Positions 1 through 10,511 of a stretch of 64,000 nt of DNA are shown piece by piece. Location of the stretch: assembly GCA_965209155.1 (NCBI GenBank), contig OZ242383.1, positions 3,680,001 through 3,744,000 on the forward strand, given 5' to 3'. The notes under the pieces were generated by a model, which had not been told where the DNA came from, did no database searches, and worked only from the letters and a program-made list of their open reading frames with translations. This DNA comes from a bacterium (lineage in GTDB: Bacteria; SAR324; NAC60-12). Numbering within the stretch: position 1 is the stretch's first letter; every line of letters starts with the position of its first letter. A program made the translations under genes and the position numbers.

Positions 1-1666
1 CTGGAGAGAGTGCCAGCTCAATCATCCCATCCACGAGGTGGGAAGCGGAACTCTCCACAGTGCTTGGGTTTCGGCCAGACAGATGCGATCCGGGGAGCAA
101 TCGGACTGTAGTGTTACTGTCACAACACCACACCACAGCGGCCGATACCGGGGGTGCGATAAACTCTTGGCTGCTCGATGCCCAGACCTCACTGCCCGCC
201 AGCTCGGGCGTGAGTGAGCCAGGTCGCAGTGGCGGCTGCTTGTCAGCACGAATGGGTTGCGGCATCCACCACTGCGTTGTGCGGAGTGGCCCTTCTTTTG
301 ACAGACCACCGCCTGAATTTGCAGGGACTGATGCGCTGGCACTCGAGAGAAGGAACTCCTCCCCAATGACGTGTTTCACCACGGTATTCACCCCCTCATG
401 CAGGAGCAGTTCCACGAACTCGGCACCTTTGTTGACAAGAGTGAGCACGCTCTGCCGCCCATCGATCGCCTCACATGCCACCCCACCGTTGATCTCCGCC
501 TGTGCCTGGTCGTGAGCACGCGCTACCAGGTTTTCCGCCCTGTCCTCCGTCATCCCAGACTCGAGAATTGCATAGCCGAGTCTGTCGATTTCTGTGGTCA
601 ACTTCGAGAGAGTCTCAGCAGAAAGAGCGCCCCACGCAACAGCAGGGCGTGCCTTGGAACTGCCAGCGCAGGACATATGGCTGAGCCCCACCTCCGTCCC
701 GGTGAGTGGTGAGACACCATTGACAGTGCCAATGCCATACCACCCCTCCAGACCAAGCGTTGCCTTGATCTGCGGGCTGGCCCCAGCAATGACGCTACGG
801 TCAGTGGTGAGTGTCATGTTCTCCTGCTGTCTTATCTGTGGTGCGCAGAACTGAGAAAAGATGCTCACCCTCCAGGGCTGCTGCAAGTTTGGATCGATGT
901 GTGCGCCTTGGTTGTTGCCCGATTGATGCCAGAGCCTGGCGTCGTACACCACAAGCGTGCCCGCAGGGCAAAGCAGAGGGATTGCCCCCAGGTGAACGCC
1001 AGATCCTGCCGCCTCCTCGGCCGATGGGTGGCGGCCAGACAAGTGGGAGCCAGGCATGATCATTGTCGCGCCATTCGAATAGCGATAGTCAGTGATCATC
1101 CAGACCGCGGGACATCGGACACTTGGAAAAATCCAATCATTGTTTTCGTTTTCACAGAGCTCGGTGAGAGCGTTGGTGCGTGTCACACTACCAACCCGCA
1201 GCCGCGGCGGTGCTGACTTGCGCTGAGGTGGCGGCATCCACCACGAGTCTGAATGCAGAGGCCAAGCCTGCATGCCATCAAGGTGAAACGGACATTGAAA
1301 GATCTGCATAATAAAGCGCTCACCGAGAACATGCCGGGCGATACTGATAAACAAAGGGTGTTCCATCAGCTGCAAGAATTCGTCTCCACGGTTCTGCAGG
1401 TTACCGAGCTGAGCCCTTCCTGGCGGCCCAGGCCGCTTGACGCCCTCAAATTTCCGTGGGCCACCAGACTGCTCCATAAGAAGGGCTGCATAATACTTCA
1501 CCTGCTCAGGCGACAATGCTTCTTGGAGCATGCAGTAGCCGTAAATATCAATGTCGGATTTGGCCTGCTCGAGATCTGTCGTGAGTTTCGGCAACTTGGA
1601 GTAATCATCGATGAAAAGCCCACGCGTGGGGAACTCGAAGAATTCCTCTTGTTTCAGTTTTTTCAT
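1..1666 (-). CDS. Tandem-domain phytanoyl-CoA dioxygenase (PhyH)-family Fe(II)/2OG oxygenase, 3' end runs off the window
   Basis: Hand translation of the minus strand from ATG 1666 is open to the window edge: MKKLKQEEFF...LPKLTTDLEQAKSDIDIYGYCMLQEAL...PLHSDSWWMPPP...NGATMIMPGSH...GTLVVYDARLWHQSG...FCAPQIRQQEN, then a second repeat (DRLGYAILE...LVNKGAEFVELLLH...LRTTQWWMPQP...LLPGSHLSG). Absent from the ORF track because it has no stop in the window. Confidence 0.85.
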   Translation of the reverse strand, partial: MKKLKQEEFFEFPTRGLFIDDYSKLPKLTTDLEQAKSDIDIYGYCMLQEALSPEQVKYYAALLMEQSGGPRKFEGVKRPGPPGRAQLGNLQNRGDEFLQLMEHPLFISIARHVLGERFIMQIFQCPFHLDGMQAWPLHSDSWWMPPPQRKSAPPRLRVGSVTRTNALTELCENENNDWIFPSVRCPAVWMITDYRYSNGATMIMPGSHLSGRHPSAEEAAGSGVHLGAIPLLCPAGTLVVYDARLWHQSGNNQGAHIDPNLQQPWRVSIFSQFCAPQIRQQENMTLTTDRSVIAGASPQIKATLGLEGWYGIGTVNGVSPLTGTEVGLSHMSCAGSSKARPAVAWGALSAETLSKLTTEIDRLGYAILESGMTEDRAENLVARAHDQAQAEINGGVACEAIDGRQSVLTLVNKGAEFVELLLHEGVNTVVKHVIGEEFLLSSASASVPANSGGGLSKEGPLRTTQWWMPQPIRADKQPPLRPGSLTPELAGSEVWASSSQEFIAPPVSAAVVWCCDSNTTVRLLPGSHLSGRNPSTVESSASHLVDGMIELALSP

Positions 1667-1813
1667 TTCAGTTTTTTCAGAAAGAAGTTGTTCATTAAAG
1701 AGATACTTCCAGAGGGAAGCTCAATCGTTCCGGCGATTTATCTCAGTTTTGCTTTTGGGTGACCAACACTTAACGCAAATTTTGTTGCTTGTCTATCTAT
1801 GTTCACAATCTTA

Positions 1814-3319
1814 TCACAACAAGCGCCAATCAGCATGCTGCTCAAAAGCATGGGCGGCTCGATAGATAGTCGATTCTTCATAAAACTGACCAACGAGCAT
1901 CAATCCCACTGGCAGACCTTCGCACATCCCACACGGAATGGACAGAGCAGGGTGGTGGGTTCTGTTAAAGGGAAATGTGTTGGACGCCGGTGCGTCGGCG
2001 AACGGAACGACCTCTTCGCGTGAAGCTTCTGGTCCAGGGAGGCGAGGCGCTTTCATCGGCGTTGTAGGGAGTAATAACAGATCAACTTCTTGTAGCACCG
2101 CATTGTAGGCTTTTCGCAGGCGTCGCACCTGATTCACGCTTTTAGCATAAAAGCGGTAGCCGTAACGGTGACGCAGGTATTCCGTCAAAACCAGAGAGAT
2201 CTTGAGCGCTTCCGGCAGCTCATCCACACGGTCACGCCAGCCACGATGAAAATCGAGGTAGCTCGGAACAAGGAGATCTTCGCGACCGGTGCCATAGCCA
2301 TCCGTATGTAACATCGTATCGATAATAGACTGAATAGAGCCGAGGGTGAGCTGTTCCGCTATCTTGTGCAACGGGACTGAAACTTCAGAGACCTTCGCTC
2401 CCAGCTGCCTGAATTGTTCTGCAGCCGCCTGCACCTTCTCATCTACATCCGGCTCGGATGTCTCAAGTCCAAACCCTTCCCGAAGCACCCCTATCCGGAG
2501 CCCTGCGACAGGTTGACCTAGAGCCTGTGTGTAATTTTCCGTTCTTGGGGTTCCCTGACGGCTATCCAGGCCATCAACCCCCGCGATGACTTCCAAGAAT
2601 AAGGCGTTGTCTGTGACACTACGGGTAATGGGGCCTGCATGGTCGATTGTAGCCTCCATCCCCAGGATGCCCGTGTATGGGACAAGGCCATAGGTCGGCT
2701 TCATCCCGTATGTCCCACAGAAGGAGGAGGGCATGCGGATTGAGCCGCCCTGGTCACAACCGATAGCCATGTCAACCTCACCGGCAGCAACCAGCGCCGC
2801 GCTCCCAGAGGAGGAGCCGCCGGCTGAATACCCAGATCGGTGCGGGTTGTGTACGGGGCCGGTCGCACTCGTGTGGCTGTTCCCTGAGAAGCCGTAGGCC
2901 TCGCAAACCGCCTTGCCGACAATCGTCCCACCTGCATCCAGGATGCGGGTCACAATGGTCGCATCGATCGGTGGAATGTAGCCTTCGAGCATGCGAGTCC
3001 CATTCATCATGGGTACGCCTGCCAGCATCACGTTATCCTTGAGAACGACGGTGCGACCCTGAAGCTTACCATCTGATGCTCCTGTGACACGCGTCTTCAC
3101 ATACCAGGCATTGAGAGGATTGTCCTCAGGCGCTGGTCGCACTCCTCGCGTTCGTGGATACCGGACCTGCGGCAGTTCGTCGGGCAGGGCATCCAGGGTC
3201 GCAAACCCCTCCAGATGGGATTTCACCAGACCGTGATAGGAAGCCACATCTTCGGCTGCAAGGTGAAGGCCGAGATCTTCGGCAATTGCTTCGATCTCGT
3301 GCAAAGTCAGTGTTGTCAT
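1814..3319 (-). CDS. Amidase (amidase signature family)
   Basis: 501 aa; catalytic Lys in VLKDN, GGSSSGS signature, GCDQGGSIRMPS nucleophile motif. Confidence 0.93.
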   Translation of the reverse strand: MTTLTLHEIEAIAEDLGLHLAAEDVASYHGLVKSHLEGFATLDALPDELPQVRYPRTRGVRPAPEDNPLNAWYVKTRVTGASDGKLQGRTVVLKDNVMLAGVPMMNGTRMLEGYIPPIDATIVTRILDAGGTIVGKAVCEAYGFSGNSHTSATGPVHNPHRSGYSAGGSSSGSAALVAAGEVDMAIGCDQGGSIRMPSSFCGTYGMKPTYGLVPYTGILGMEATIDHAGPITRSVTDNALFLEVIAGVDGLDSRQGTPRTENYTQALGQPVAGLRIGVLREGFGLETSEPDVDEKVQAAAEQFRQLGAKVSEVSVPLHKIAEQLTLGSIQSIIDTMLHTDGYGTGREDLLVPSYLDFHRGWRDRVDELPEALKISLVLTEYLRHRYGYRFYAKSVNQVRRLRKAYNAVLQEVDLLLLPTTPMKAPRLPGPEASREEVVPFADAPASNTFPFNRTHHPALSIPCGMCEGLPVGLMLVGQFYEESTIYRAAHAFEQHADWRLL

Positions 3320-3377
3320 TCCCGTATGATTTCCTCAGTCACCATTAAAATTAAACAAGATGCCTTGTGCTATTTCA

Positions 3378-3547
3378 CTAGTACTGGAGTGCAAAAGTGC
3401 GTACATATTTTTTCACTTTCTGGTCATAGGCGACGTTGTCATTCCGGGCGCAGACCCGGAATCCAGGGTTCGTTTCAATACCCTGGATTCACGCCTGCGC
3501 GGGAATGACACAGCGGTTATGTACGGACTTTCGCCGCAGTGTACTAG
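3378..3547. mobile_element. MITE-like element with CTAG ends and an internal GTCATTCC...GGAATGAC palindrome
   Basis: Imperfect terminal inverted repeats ctagtactggagtgcaaaagtgcgtacat / atgtacggactttcgccgcagtgtactag; internal gtcattccgggcgcagacccggaatccaggg...ccctggattcacgcctgcgcgggaatgac. Confidence 0.65.
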
Positions 3548-3574
3548 CGGCTACTGGGGCTTATCTTACTCCAA

Positions 3575-5339
3575 TCATTTATTCTTCAGGTCAAGGTCAA
3601 GCCACATATGCTGAGCAATGCCAAAAATATTCCAGGTATCGCCCAACTTAAACTCACCGCTGTAACCCTTTACCCACGGTTGCCAGAAGACGTATTGATT
3701 CGGTGATGGTAATACTAACCAAGGGCACTCCTTTAGAAGGAATAAGTTTAGCTCCTTCCACATCTTGTTCCGCTTTTCGATGTCGAGAGTCACACTTATC
3801 TCGTCCCATTTACGATCGACTTCGGGATTGTTGTATCTACCGTCGTTCCAGGGATGCCCAGATCTGTGGGCATACATGAAAGGCCACATGGGGTTACCAT
3901 TGGTCCAGCCGGGGACAACGTTCATACCTGGGAACGTGGCATTGGCATGAAGCTTCAAGAGGGGGGTCAGTTCCATTGCCTCGATTTCCACCATAAAGCC
4001 GCCTTGCTCCAAGTAGGACGCGACCAAAGGAGCGACTATGGATTCTCTTCCGAGGAGAGTCAGGCGTAATATGAAGGATGTGAGTCTTAAGACCGTCGGG
4101 ATAGCCGGCTTCAGCCAGGAGCTGTTTTGACTTTTCCGGATGAAACCCAAATAGCTCCTTAATGTCGGGTGGCAACTCCTCGAATGGCGTGTAGATCTCT
4201 TTCGGGGCATTTGACGGTAGCGGCCAGTTAAGTATCTCGGCCTCACCCCCATAGAGGTGCTTTACCATTTCTGGCTGGTTGACGGCCAAGGTTGCCGCCT
4301 GCCGAACCCTGACGTCACGGAAGGCGGGCTCCATATTCTCATTCATAGCAAAAATGAAACCGCCGCGTGGGGGTAACTTCCTCCACTTGAGTTCAGGGTT
4401 TGTCTCCTGTAATTTTTTAGCATCCTCAAGGAGAATTCTTGACATTTGGTCAATTTTACCAGTGCGTAATGCCGCAAGCCGGGTCGCGGGATCGGTTAAT
4501 ATCAGCAGCTTAAAGACATCTACATACGGTAATCTATTCTCCGGGTGCAAGGGGTCAAACCGGTGGTAGTCAGGGTTCCTCACATAGGTGACAGAACTGC
4601 CGGGGGCGAAATCCTGAACCATAAATGCTCCTGACCCGACAGCATTCCTCCAGTCTTCAAACCCCTCCAGGTATCCGTGTTTATCAGCTACCTCACGCGG
4701 AGCTATCCTGATTTCGCTACCGAAATCCATTATTTTGAATGCGCTTGCATCGGGCATCTTAAATTCAACCGTCCATTTATCAAGGGCAGTGGCTTTATAC
4801 AACTCTTTTTCCGGTGTACCCTTGGGCTTATACCATTCGCTCTTGGGATGGTCCTGACTTCGCAAAAAGGAATAGACCACATCATGAGCGGTCACTTCTC
4901 TCCCGTTTACCGGCGGCTTATCCTGGAAATGAACCCCCTTGCGGATGTGGTAGATAACGGTATGGAGGTCTGGTTGTTCCCAGCTTTCCGCTACGAAGCC
5001 GACGCGACCTTCCAGAGGTTCATAGGTAGAATTCATCGGAAATTCACCGGTCCCCGAGGGACCCCTCGACCAGTCAGCAGCGCTTAGATGCTCATAAACG
5101 GGCATGGCGAAGAAAGCTCCATAGTAAGTATTCGGGTCAAAGCTGCCGTCAGGCTGATCGACTACCAAGTTCAAGACCCCTCCGTATTGCGGTTTTTCTA
5201 CCATCCTCCCGAGTGAGTCTTTCACCATCACCTGCGCAGCCACCATGGCCGGAAAAACCCCGAGGGCGGCCACCATCAGGATCAGGGTTATCAACACTGC
5301 TTGGATTTTACTCATTTTACTTATTTTTCTATTTTGCAT
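3575..5339 (-). pseudogene. ABC transporter substrate-binding protein (family 5, peptide/nickel), frameshifted near 4045-4065
   Basis: N-terminal part (signal peptide, EKPQYGG, AESWEQPD...YHIRKGVHF) is in ORF 3894..5432 and the C-terminal part (QPWVKGYSGE...WLD) in ORF 3575..4252; colinear with intact paralog 39524..41299. Could be a sequencing error. Confidence 0.8.
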
Positions 5340-5438
5340 ATTACCTTTATTATTAAGATGATTCATTGCACCAAAGGGTGCGTTTGATGTGATTTTTCGT
5401 GTTTTCCTGTTTACATATGACCTCCTTTCCATTGGCCG

Positions 5439-6365
5439 CTAGTTATTGAACACTCCGTAACGTCCCCCCTGGCCTCCCCTCAGTCTGGGGTCGAGCAGGT
5501 CTCTCAGGGCATCTCCGAATATGTTAACACCGTATACGGAGATACTGAGGGCAAGCCCCGGCCACAGAGCTATCCAGGGGGCCTGCAACATGTACGTGCG
5601 TCCTTGTCCACTGAGCATCCCTCCCCAGCTGGGCTGCGGAGGAGGAATACCGTATCCCAGGAAGCTGATCATGGCTTCCCCCAGAATCATACCGCCAACA
5701 CTGACGGTATAAAGGATAACTATCGGAGCCAAAATATTGGGCAGGATATGCCGGATAATTATCCGCCAGTTGGTACAGCCAGTAGCCACCGCCGCCTGCA
5801 CATACAAGTTCTCCTTAATGCCGAGAACAGTGCCCCTGATTACCCTTGAATTGATGATGCCCCATAAGAATCCTAAAACCAGTATCACCTGCACCATCCC
5901 ATGCCCCACCAGAGCCATTATTGTCAGGACAATGAATATCCAGGGAAAGCACATCCAGGCGTCAACAAACCGCTGCACCACCAGGTCGAACTTCCCGCCG
6001 AGGAGCCCGCAAAGAATGCCTAGAATGGTACCGATCCCTGTCTGCAGAGCAGCACCAGCCAGACCGACAATCATGGAGATACGAGCCCCGTAGATGATGC
6101 GACTGAGAATGTCCCGCCCTAGAGCATCCGTACCCAGGATATACTGGGTTGACGGCGGACTCATCCTATCTGGCAGGTGAGGCACGTTATACCCTTCGGG
6201 GGCCAGGAAATCGGCAAAAATGCCGGTGAATAACATTAGTAGAACGATAACCCCACCGACAGCACCAAGTGGCTTCTCCCTGAACAGCTTGGTCAAGAAC
6301 ACCACCGGCCTGGCACGTCGCTTGGGCTCCCTGATTTCGGGTGGGATTACCAGGGTGTCATTCAA
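5439..6365 (-). CDS. ABC transporter permease, DppC/OppC-like
   Basis: LGTDALGRDILSRIIYGARIS, EAA-like loop, GDALRDLLDPR. Confidence 0.93.
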   Translation of the reverse strand: MNDTLVIPPEIREPKRRARPVVFLTKLFREKPLGAVGGVIVLLMLFTGIFADFLAPEGYNVPHLPDRMSPPSTQYILGTDALGRDILSRIIYGARISMIVGLAGAALQTGIGTILGILCGLLGGKFDLVVQRFVDAWMCFPWIFIVLTIMALVGHGMVQVILVLGFLWGIINSRVIRGTVLGIKENLYVQAAVATGCTNWRIIIRHILPNILAPIVILYTVSVGGMILGEAMISFLGYGIPPPQPSWGGMLSGQGRTYMLQAPWIALWPGLALSISVYGVNIFGDALRDLLDPRLRGGQGGRYGVFNN

Positions 6366-6416
6366 GATCTCTCCTTTTATCGTAACAGTTAACTGATAAC
6401 CGTGAACGGGTACCTT

Positions 6417-7388
6417 TTATCTATACCGAATCCTGGGGTCAAGATAGGCGTAAGTCAGGTCTACCAGCAGGTTGACTACCAACACAAAAGAGGCTACAAA
6501 CAGGTTTAATCCGGAGAGCACGGGGTAGTCCCTCTTGTTAATAACCTCAACCAGAAGACGGCCTACCCCGGGCAAGGCGAATATCTGCTCTACAATAACG
6601 GCACCCCCAATTAAAAATGGTATCTGAGTGCCTATTATGGAGACCACCGGGATCAGGGCGTTCCTCAAGGCGTGCCGCGTGACGACTACCCTCTCCTTAA
6701 GTCCCTTTGACCAGGCAGTCCTGATGTAATCCTCTCTCAGCACCTCCAGCATCGTGGTGCGTGTCATTCTCATGCATATTCCCGACACAACCGTGCCGAG
6801 AATGAAAGCCGGGATTATCATGATTTGCAGGTTTGCTATCGGATTCTCGAAAAAAGGAACGTACTCCAAAGGTGGCGTCCAGTCCAACCAGATGGAGGGG
6901 TAGACCATCACCATAGTTCCCAGCCAGAAGGCGGGAATGCACAAAAAGGCTATAGCCAGGCTGCGTCCTATATAGTCACCCCAGGTATCTTGACGTATCG
7001 CTGAGTACATAGCTATGGGGAAGGCTACCAGGAGAGCTACTATCATAGCCATGATAGCAAGTTGAAAGGATACCGGAAAACTACGCCCTATATGATATGT
7101 CACGGGAATGGCTGTCCATAAAGACTTCCCGAAGTCTCCATGCAAGATGATGTTACCCATCCAGCGCCCATACTGGACATGGATTGGCAGATCCAGCCCC
7201 AGCATATGCCTCAGATCCTCGATAGTTTCCAGGAGTTGCTCGGCCGACCCCTGAAAGCCTACATTCTGCCTTAACATCACGTCTAATACATCGCCGGGAA
7301 TGAGGCGGACTGTGAAGAAGATGATCACAGTCACTAAAAACAGAGTGGGAATAAATAGCAGTATTCTTCTAATAAGATAGGCACGCAT
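6417..7388 (-). CDS. ABC transporter permease, DppB/OppB-like
   Basis: MRAYLIRRIL, EDYIRTAWSKGL...HALRNALIP, YAYLDPRIRY. Confidence 0.93.
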   Translation of the reverse strand: MRAYLIRRILLFIPTLFLVTVIIFFTVRLIPGDVLDVMLRQNVGFQGSAEQLLETIEDLRHMLGLDLPIHVQYGRWMGNIILHGDFGKSLWTAIPVTYHIGRSFPVSFQLAIMAMIVALLVAFPIAMYSAIRQDTWGDYIGRSLAIAFLCIPAFWLGTMVMVYPSIWLDWTPPLEYVPFFENPIANLQIMIIPAFILGTVVSGICMRMTRTTMLEVLREDYIRTAWSKGLKERVVVTRHALRNALIPVVSIIGTQIPFLIGGAVIVEQIFALPGVGRLLVEVINKRDYPVLSGLNLFVASFVLVVNLLVDLTYAYLDPRIRYR

Positions 7389-7482
7389 ATAACTTCCGAT
7401 GACTGATTATCCCAATTAAGGGGATGGGAATAATTGCCCCCCGAGAAACAGAAATTAAATGATTTTGATTAAATATATAATT

Positions 7483-7498
7483 ATGTAAGCGCTTACAT
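7483..7498. promoter_or_regulatory. LacI-family operator upstream of the ABC operon
   Basis: Perfect 16-bp palindrome ATGTAAGCGCTTACAT with central CG, between the LacI gene and the dppB-like start. Confidence 0.8.
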
Positions 7499-7551
7499 TT
7501 TATGAAAATAATAAAAATCGAGAATAAAGTCAAGAAAAAAAATCTGAATTC

Positions 7552-8559
7552 TCAAAAAATTTTTGCCACAGAAGATCGGACGATTAATTCAGGAGTGAGA
7601 GATCGCTTTAAAATCTGCTGTGAATCACGATAGAGAGCCAGACACAGTTCTCCGATGATCGTTCCAAAATCAGGAGAGACTGTGAGGGTTGTTAAAGGAG
7701 GGAACAGGTACCGGGCGAACTCACTATCATCATGCCCGATGATAGAAACATCTTCCGGAATCTTAAGACCAGCATCATTGAGGGCGTTGTACACACCAAT
7801 GGCCATTTGGTCATTGCCGACAAGAATAGCGGTGAACGGAGTTTTACGATTCAGTAATTCTTTTGTACCAAGATAGCCTCCTTCTGTTGAAAAAGTGCTA
7901 TCCACCAGTAATTCAGGATTGAAGGAAATTCCTGCCTTTTCCAAGGTTCTTTGGTAACCTAAATTTCTTTCTTGAACAAATTTAGTTTGGTGTCCAATGC
8001 TTAATTTTCCGGTAATTCTAGCAATTTTTCGATGCCCCATTTGAAGCAGGTGTTCGGTGGCGAGGGCTTCTTCGGCACCTTCGTCAAACCGAATGAAACT
8101 GTGATCCAGTCCTGGTACTTTTCGTCCAGAGATCATCACACTTTTATTCCCACGAAAAAGGTTCACCAACTCTTCATCAGTAGTCGCTTCAAGCATCACC
8201 ACAATCACACTGCACATGCGGCTTTGTAAAAATTGAATGGTCTCTTTTTCAATTTTTTGATTCCGTTGGCCCGTTGCAACGATCAAGTGCAGATTGTCTT
8301 GACGGATGGTCTGTTCTATGCGATTCGCCACTTCTGAAAAATACTGAACAGCTAAACTCGGGACCGTAATTCCGATAGCACTGGACTTCCGGCTTGCTAA
8401 ACTGGTTGCCGCATCATTGGGGACATAATTCAGTGTTTTCATGGCAGACAACACGCTCTCCCTTGTCTTGTCTTTCACTATGTCTTTTTTATTGATTACT
8501 CTGGAGACTGTGGCCAGCGACACTCCCGCCAATTTTGCGACATCATAAATGTTAGTCAT
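7552..8559 (-). CDS. LacI/GalR family transcriptional regulator
   Basis: N-terminal IYDVAKLAGVSLATVSRVIN HTH; C-terminal IPEDVSIIGHDD...PPLTT. Confidence 0.95.
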   Translation of the reverse strand: MTNIYDVAKLAGVSLATVSRVINKKDIVKDKTRESVLSAMKTLNYVPNDAATSLASRKSSAIGITVPSLAVQYFSEVANRIEQTIRQDNLHLIVATGQRNQKIEKETIQFLQSRMCSVIVVMLEATTDEELVNLFRGNKSVMISGRKVPGLDHSFIRFDEGAEEALATEHLLQMGHRKIARITGKLSIGHQTKFVQERNLGYQRTLEKAGISFNPELLVDSTFSTEGGYLGTKELLNRKTPFTAILVGNDQMAIGVYNALNDAGLKIPEDVSIIGHDDSEFARYLFPPLTTLTVSPDFGTIIGELCLALYRDSQQILKRSLTPELIVRSSVAKIF

Positions 8560-8952
8560 CTTTCATCAACTCTGAAAGGTAGCCGCCGATTTGCTCACGC
8601 ACATCCAAGCGCAGTAGGGAAAACAATCCATCAGGACTCTGAATTTGATTGAACAATTCTTTGAACTCCCTTACACTTACTTCTCATTGCATGGGTCTTT
8701 CTCCTTAATTGATGGTTAATGTATGGTTACAAAAACCTACTGGGAAAGCCCCATGTCTTCAAGTCTTTCAAAAATTCATACAATTTATTTTACACCACCT
8801 GAAAGTATTTCCAATGGTAGTTCACAATAAAATTGTCATACATATAACGGGCTGGTTGAAGAAAGATCGTTCAATATGAGCGGAGCACAATTTGTAACTT
8901 ACTCATAGAATAATCTAATTATCATATCGTGTATTAATCAGAAAGGGTCATC

Positions 8953-9807
8953 ATGCAAGATTTCAAAAATAAAGTTGCGGTAATTACAGGTGCAGGGCGT
9001 GGCATTGGTCGGGGCATAGCTGAACGGTGCGCAAAAGAGGGTATGAAAGTTGTACTGGCAGGTATTGGTATGAAATCTCTTAGCCAGACCGAAGCTGACC
9101 TGAAAGCGCAGGGGGCAACAGTCGTATCTATACAGACCGATGTTTCCAAGGTTGAGGATATCGAACGGTTGGCGAACACCACGTTAGAAACCTTTGGAGG
9201 AGTACACCTGCTTGTGAATAATGCCGGTGTAGATGCTGGAACGACTATCTGGGACAGTACTGTGTCAGATTGGGAATGGGTACTCAATGTGAATCTGTGG
9301 GGTGTAATTTATGGTGTAAAAGTCTTCGTACCGTTAATGTTGGAGCAAGATACCGAATGCCACATTGTTAATTTGTCCTCTGTAGCAGGTTTGGGGCAAG
9401 GTGCAAATTTGGGTATTTATAAAGTGACGAAACACGGCGTAGTCACGTTATCGGAAACACTCTATCACGAATTAGCGCATCGCCAGTCTAAAATCAACGT
9501 ATCTGTGTATTGTCCCGGGTTTGTACAGACAGACATTTTATCATCGGAACGTAATCGCCCGATAGATTCGCAGACTGATATTGAAAAAGCTGTAGTTACA
9601 GCAGAATATAAAGCACTTCGTCAACGGCTTTCCGACGGTGTTGCTGGCGGTATATCTATTGAAGCATCAGCCGATGTACTTTTCGCAGGGATTTGGGCGA
9701 ATCAACTCTATATTACGTCAGATCATGAGCATGATGAATGGATTAGAGAGCGTATGGAAAACATAGTCAATAGACGCAACCCAGTGGTGACAATGCCAGA
9801 ATCGTAA
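8953..9807 (+). CDS. Short-chain dehydrogenase/reductase
   Basis: TGAGRGIG, NNAG, YKVTK catalytic motif. Confidence 0.93.
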   Translation: MQDFKNKVAVITGAGRGIGRGIAERCAKEGMKVVLAGIGMKSLSQTEADLKAQGATVVSIQTDVSKVEDIERLANTTLETFGGVHLLVNNAGVDAGTTIWDSTVSDWEWVLNVNLWGVIYGVKVFVPLMLEQDTECHIVNLSSVAGLGQGANLGIYKVTKHGVVTLSETLYHELAHRQSKINVSVYCPGFVQTDILSSERNRPIDSQTDIEKAVVTAEYKALRQRLSDGVAGGISIEASADVLFAGIWANQLYITSDHEHDEWIRERMENIVNRRNPVVTMPES

Positions 9808-9890
9808 ATTCACTTTGACGATGCTGACTAATTCGCAGAATAAAGCTAAACTGCTTGTAGTTTGACCTGTTTTAAGGTGATCCCTGAGGT

Positions 9891-10150
9891 TTATAGGCCC
9901 CATTCCGCATCACAAAAATACGCTTCAACCGGGGGAAAATCTTTCCAGTCATAGGAATCTTCCGACTCATAGCTCATGATAGAGGGAAGGAGGGGAGGGG
10001 CTCTTTCGGTTTCCTCTCTGATATGCTTTAAGATTTTTTTGATCTCATGTTGGCTGGTAATGAAAGCGATGATCTTCATTTCCATCCCGCAATTTGGACA
10101 TAGCAAAGGATCCACTTCAAAGACCTTATGGATCAACCGCGTCCAATTTG
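9891..10150 (-). pseudogene. IS91/ISCR-like transposase C-terminal remnant
   Basis: WTRLIHKVFEVDPLLCPNCGMEMKIIAFIT...ILKHI...RAPP matches the Zn-ribbon tail of IS91-family transposases; no N-terminal part. Confidence 0.7.
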
Positions 10151-10250
10151 GTTCCGGCTCTGCCAGGTTAGGTATTTAGATGTTGTCATTGTTTGATTTA
10201 TATATTTTAATGATAGTTGTCATAATAAGTTGTCATACATATGGAGGCCT

Positions 10251-10511
10251 ATGAGAGTGAATGCGAGATTAGACGATACCTATCAAACAAAAATTGAATA
10301 TCTCAAGAATCAAACAGGGTGGAGTATGACCGAGCTGCTAAAAGAGGCGATTGATCAGCTTTATTCAACCATATCCAAAAAGCCTCAACACTCTCTTTTT
10401 GACCATCTTGAAGAGATTGGTTTTGTCGGAGCAGGCGAAGGTTCTAAGGATCTGTCTATAAATTATAAGGAGTGGGTCAGGCAGGAGGTCCATGAAAAAC
10501 ATTCTCGTTGA
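10251..10511 (+). CDS. Antitoxin (RHH/CopG-like, VapB-type)
   Basis: 86 aa, GGAGG RBS, overlaps the PIN toxin; INARLD-like beta strand then helices, DLSINYK tail. Confidence 0.75.
   Translation: MRVNARLDDTYQTKIEYLKNQTGWSMTELLKEAIDQLYSTISKKPQHSLFDHLEEIGFVGAGEGSKDLSINYKEWVRQEVHEKHSR

Noticed and set aside
22..1762. Many short ORF-track ORFs, including 1253..1762 +
   Set aside because: Antisense or off-frame shadows of the minus-strand PhyH gene
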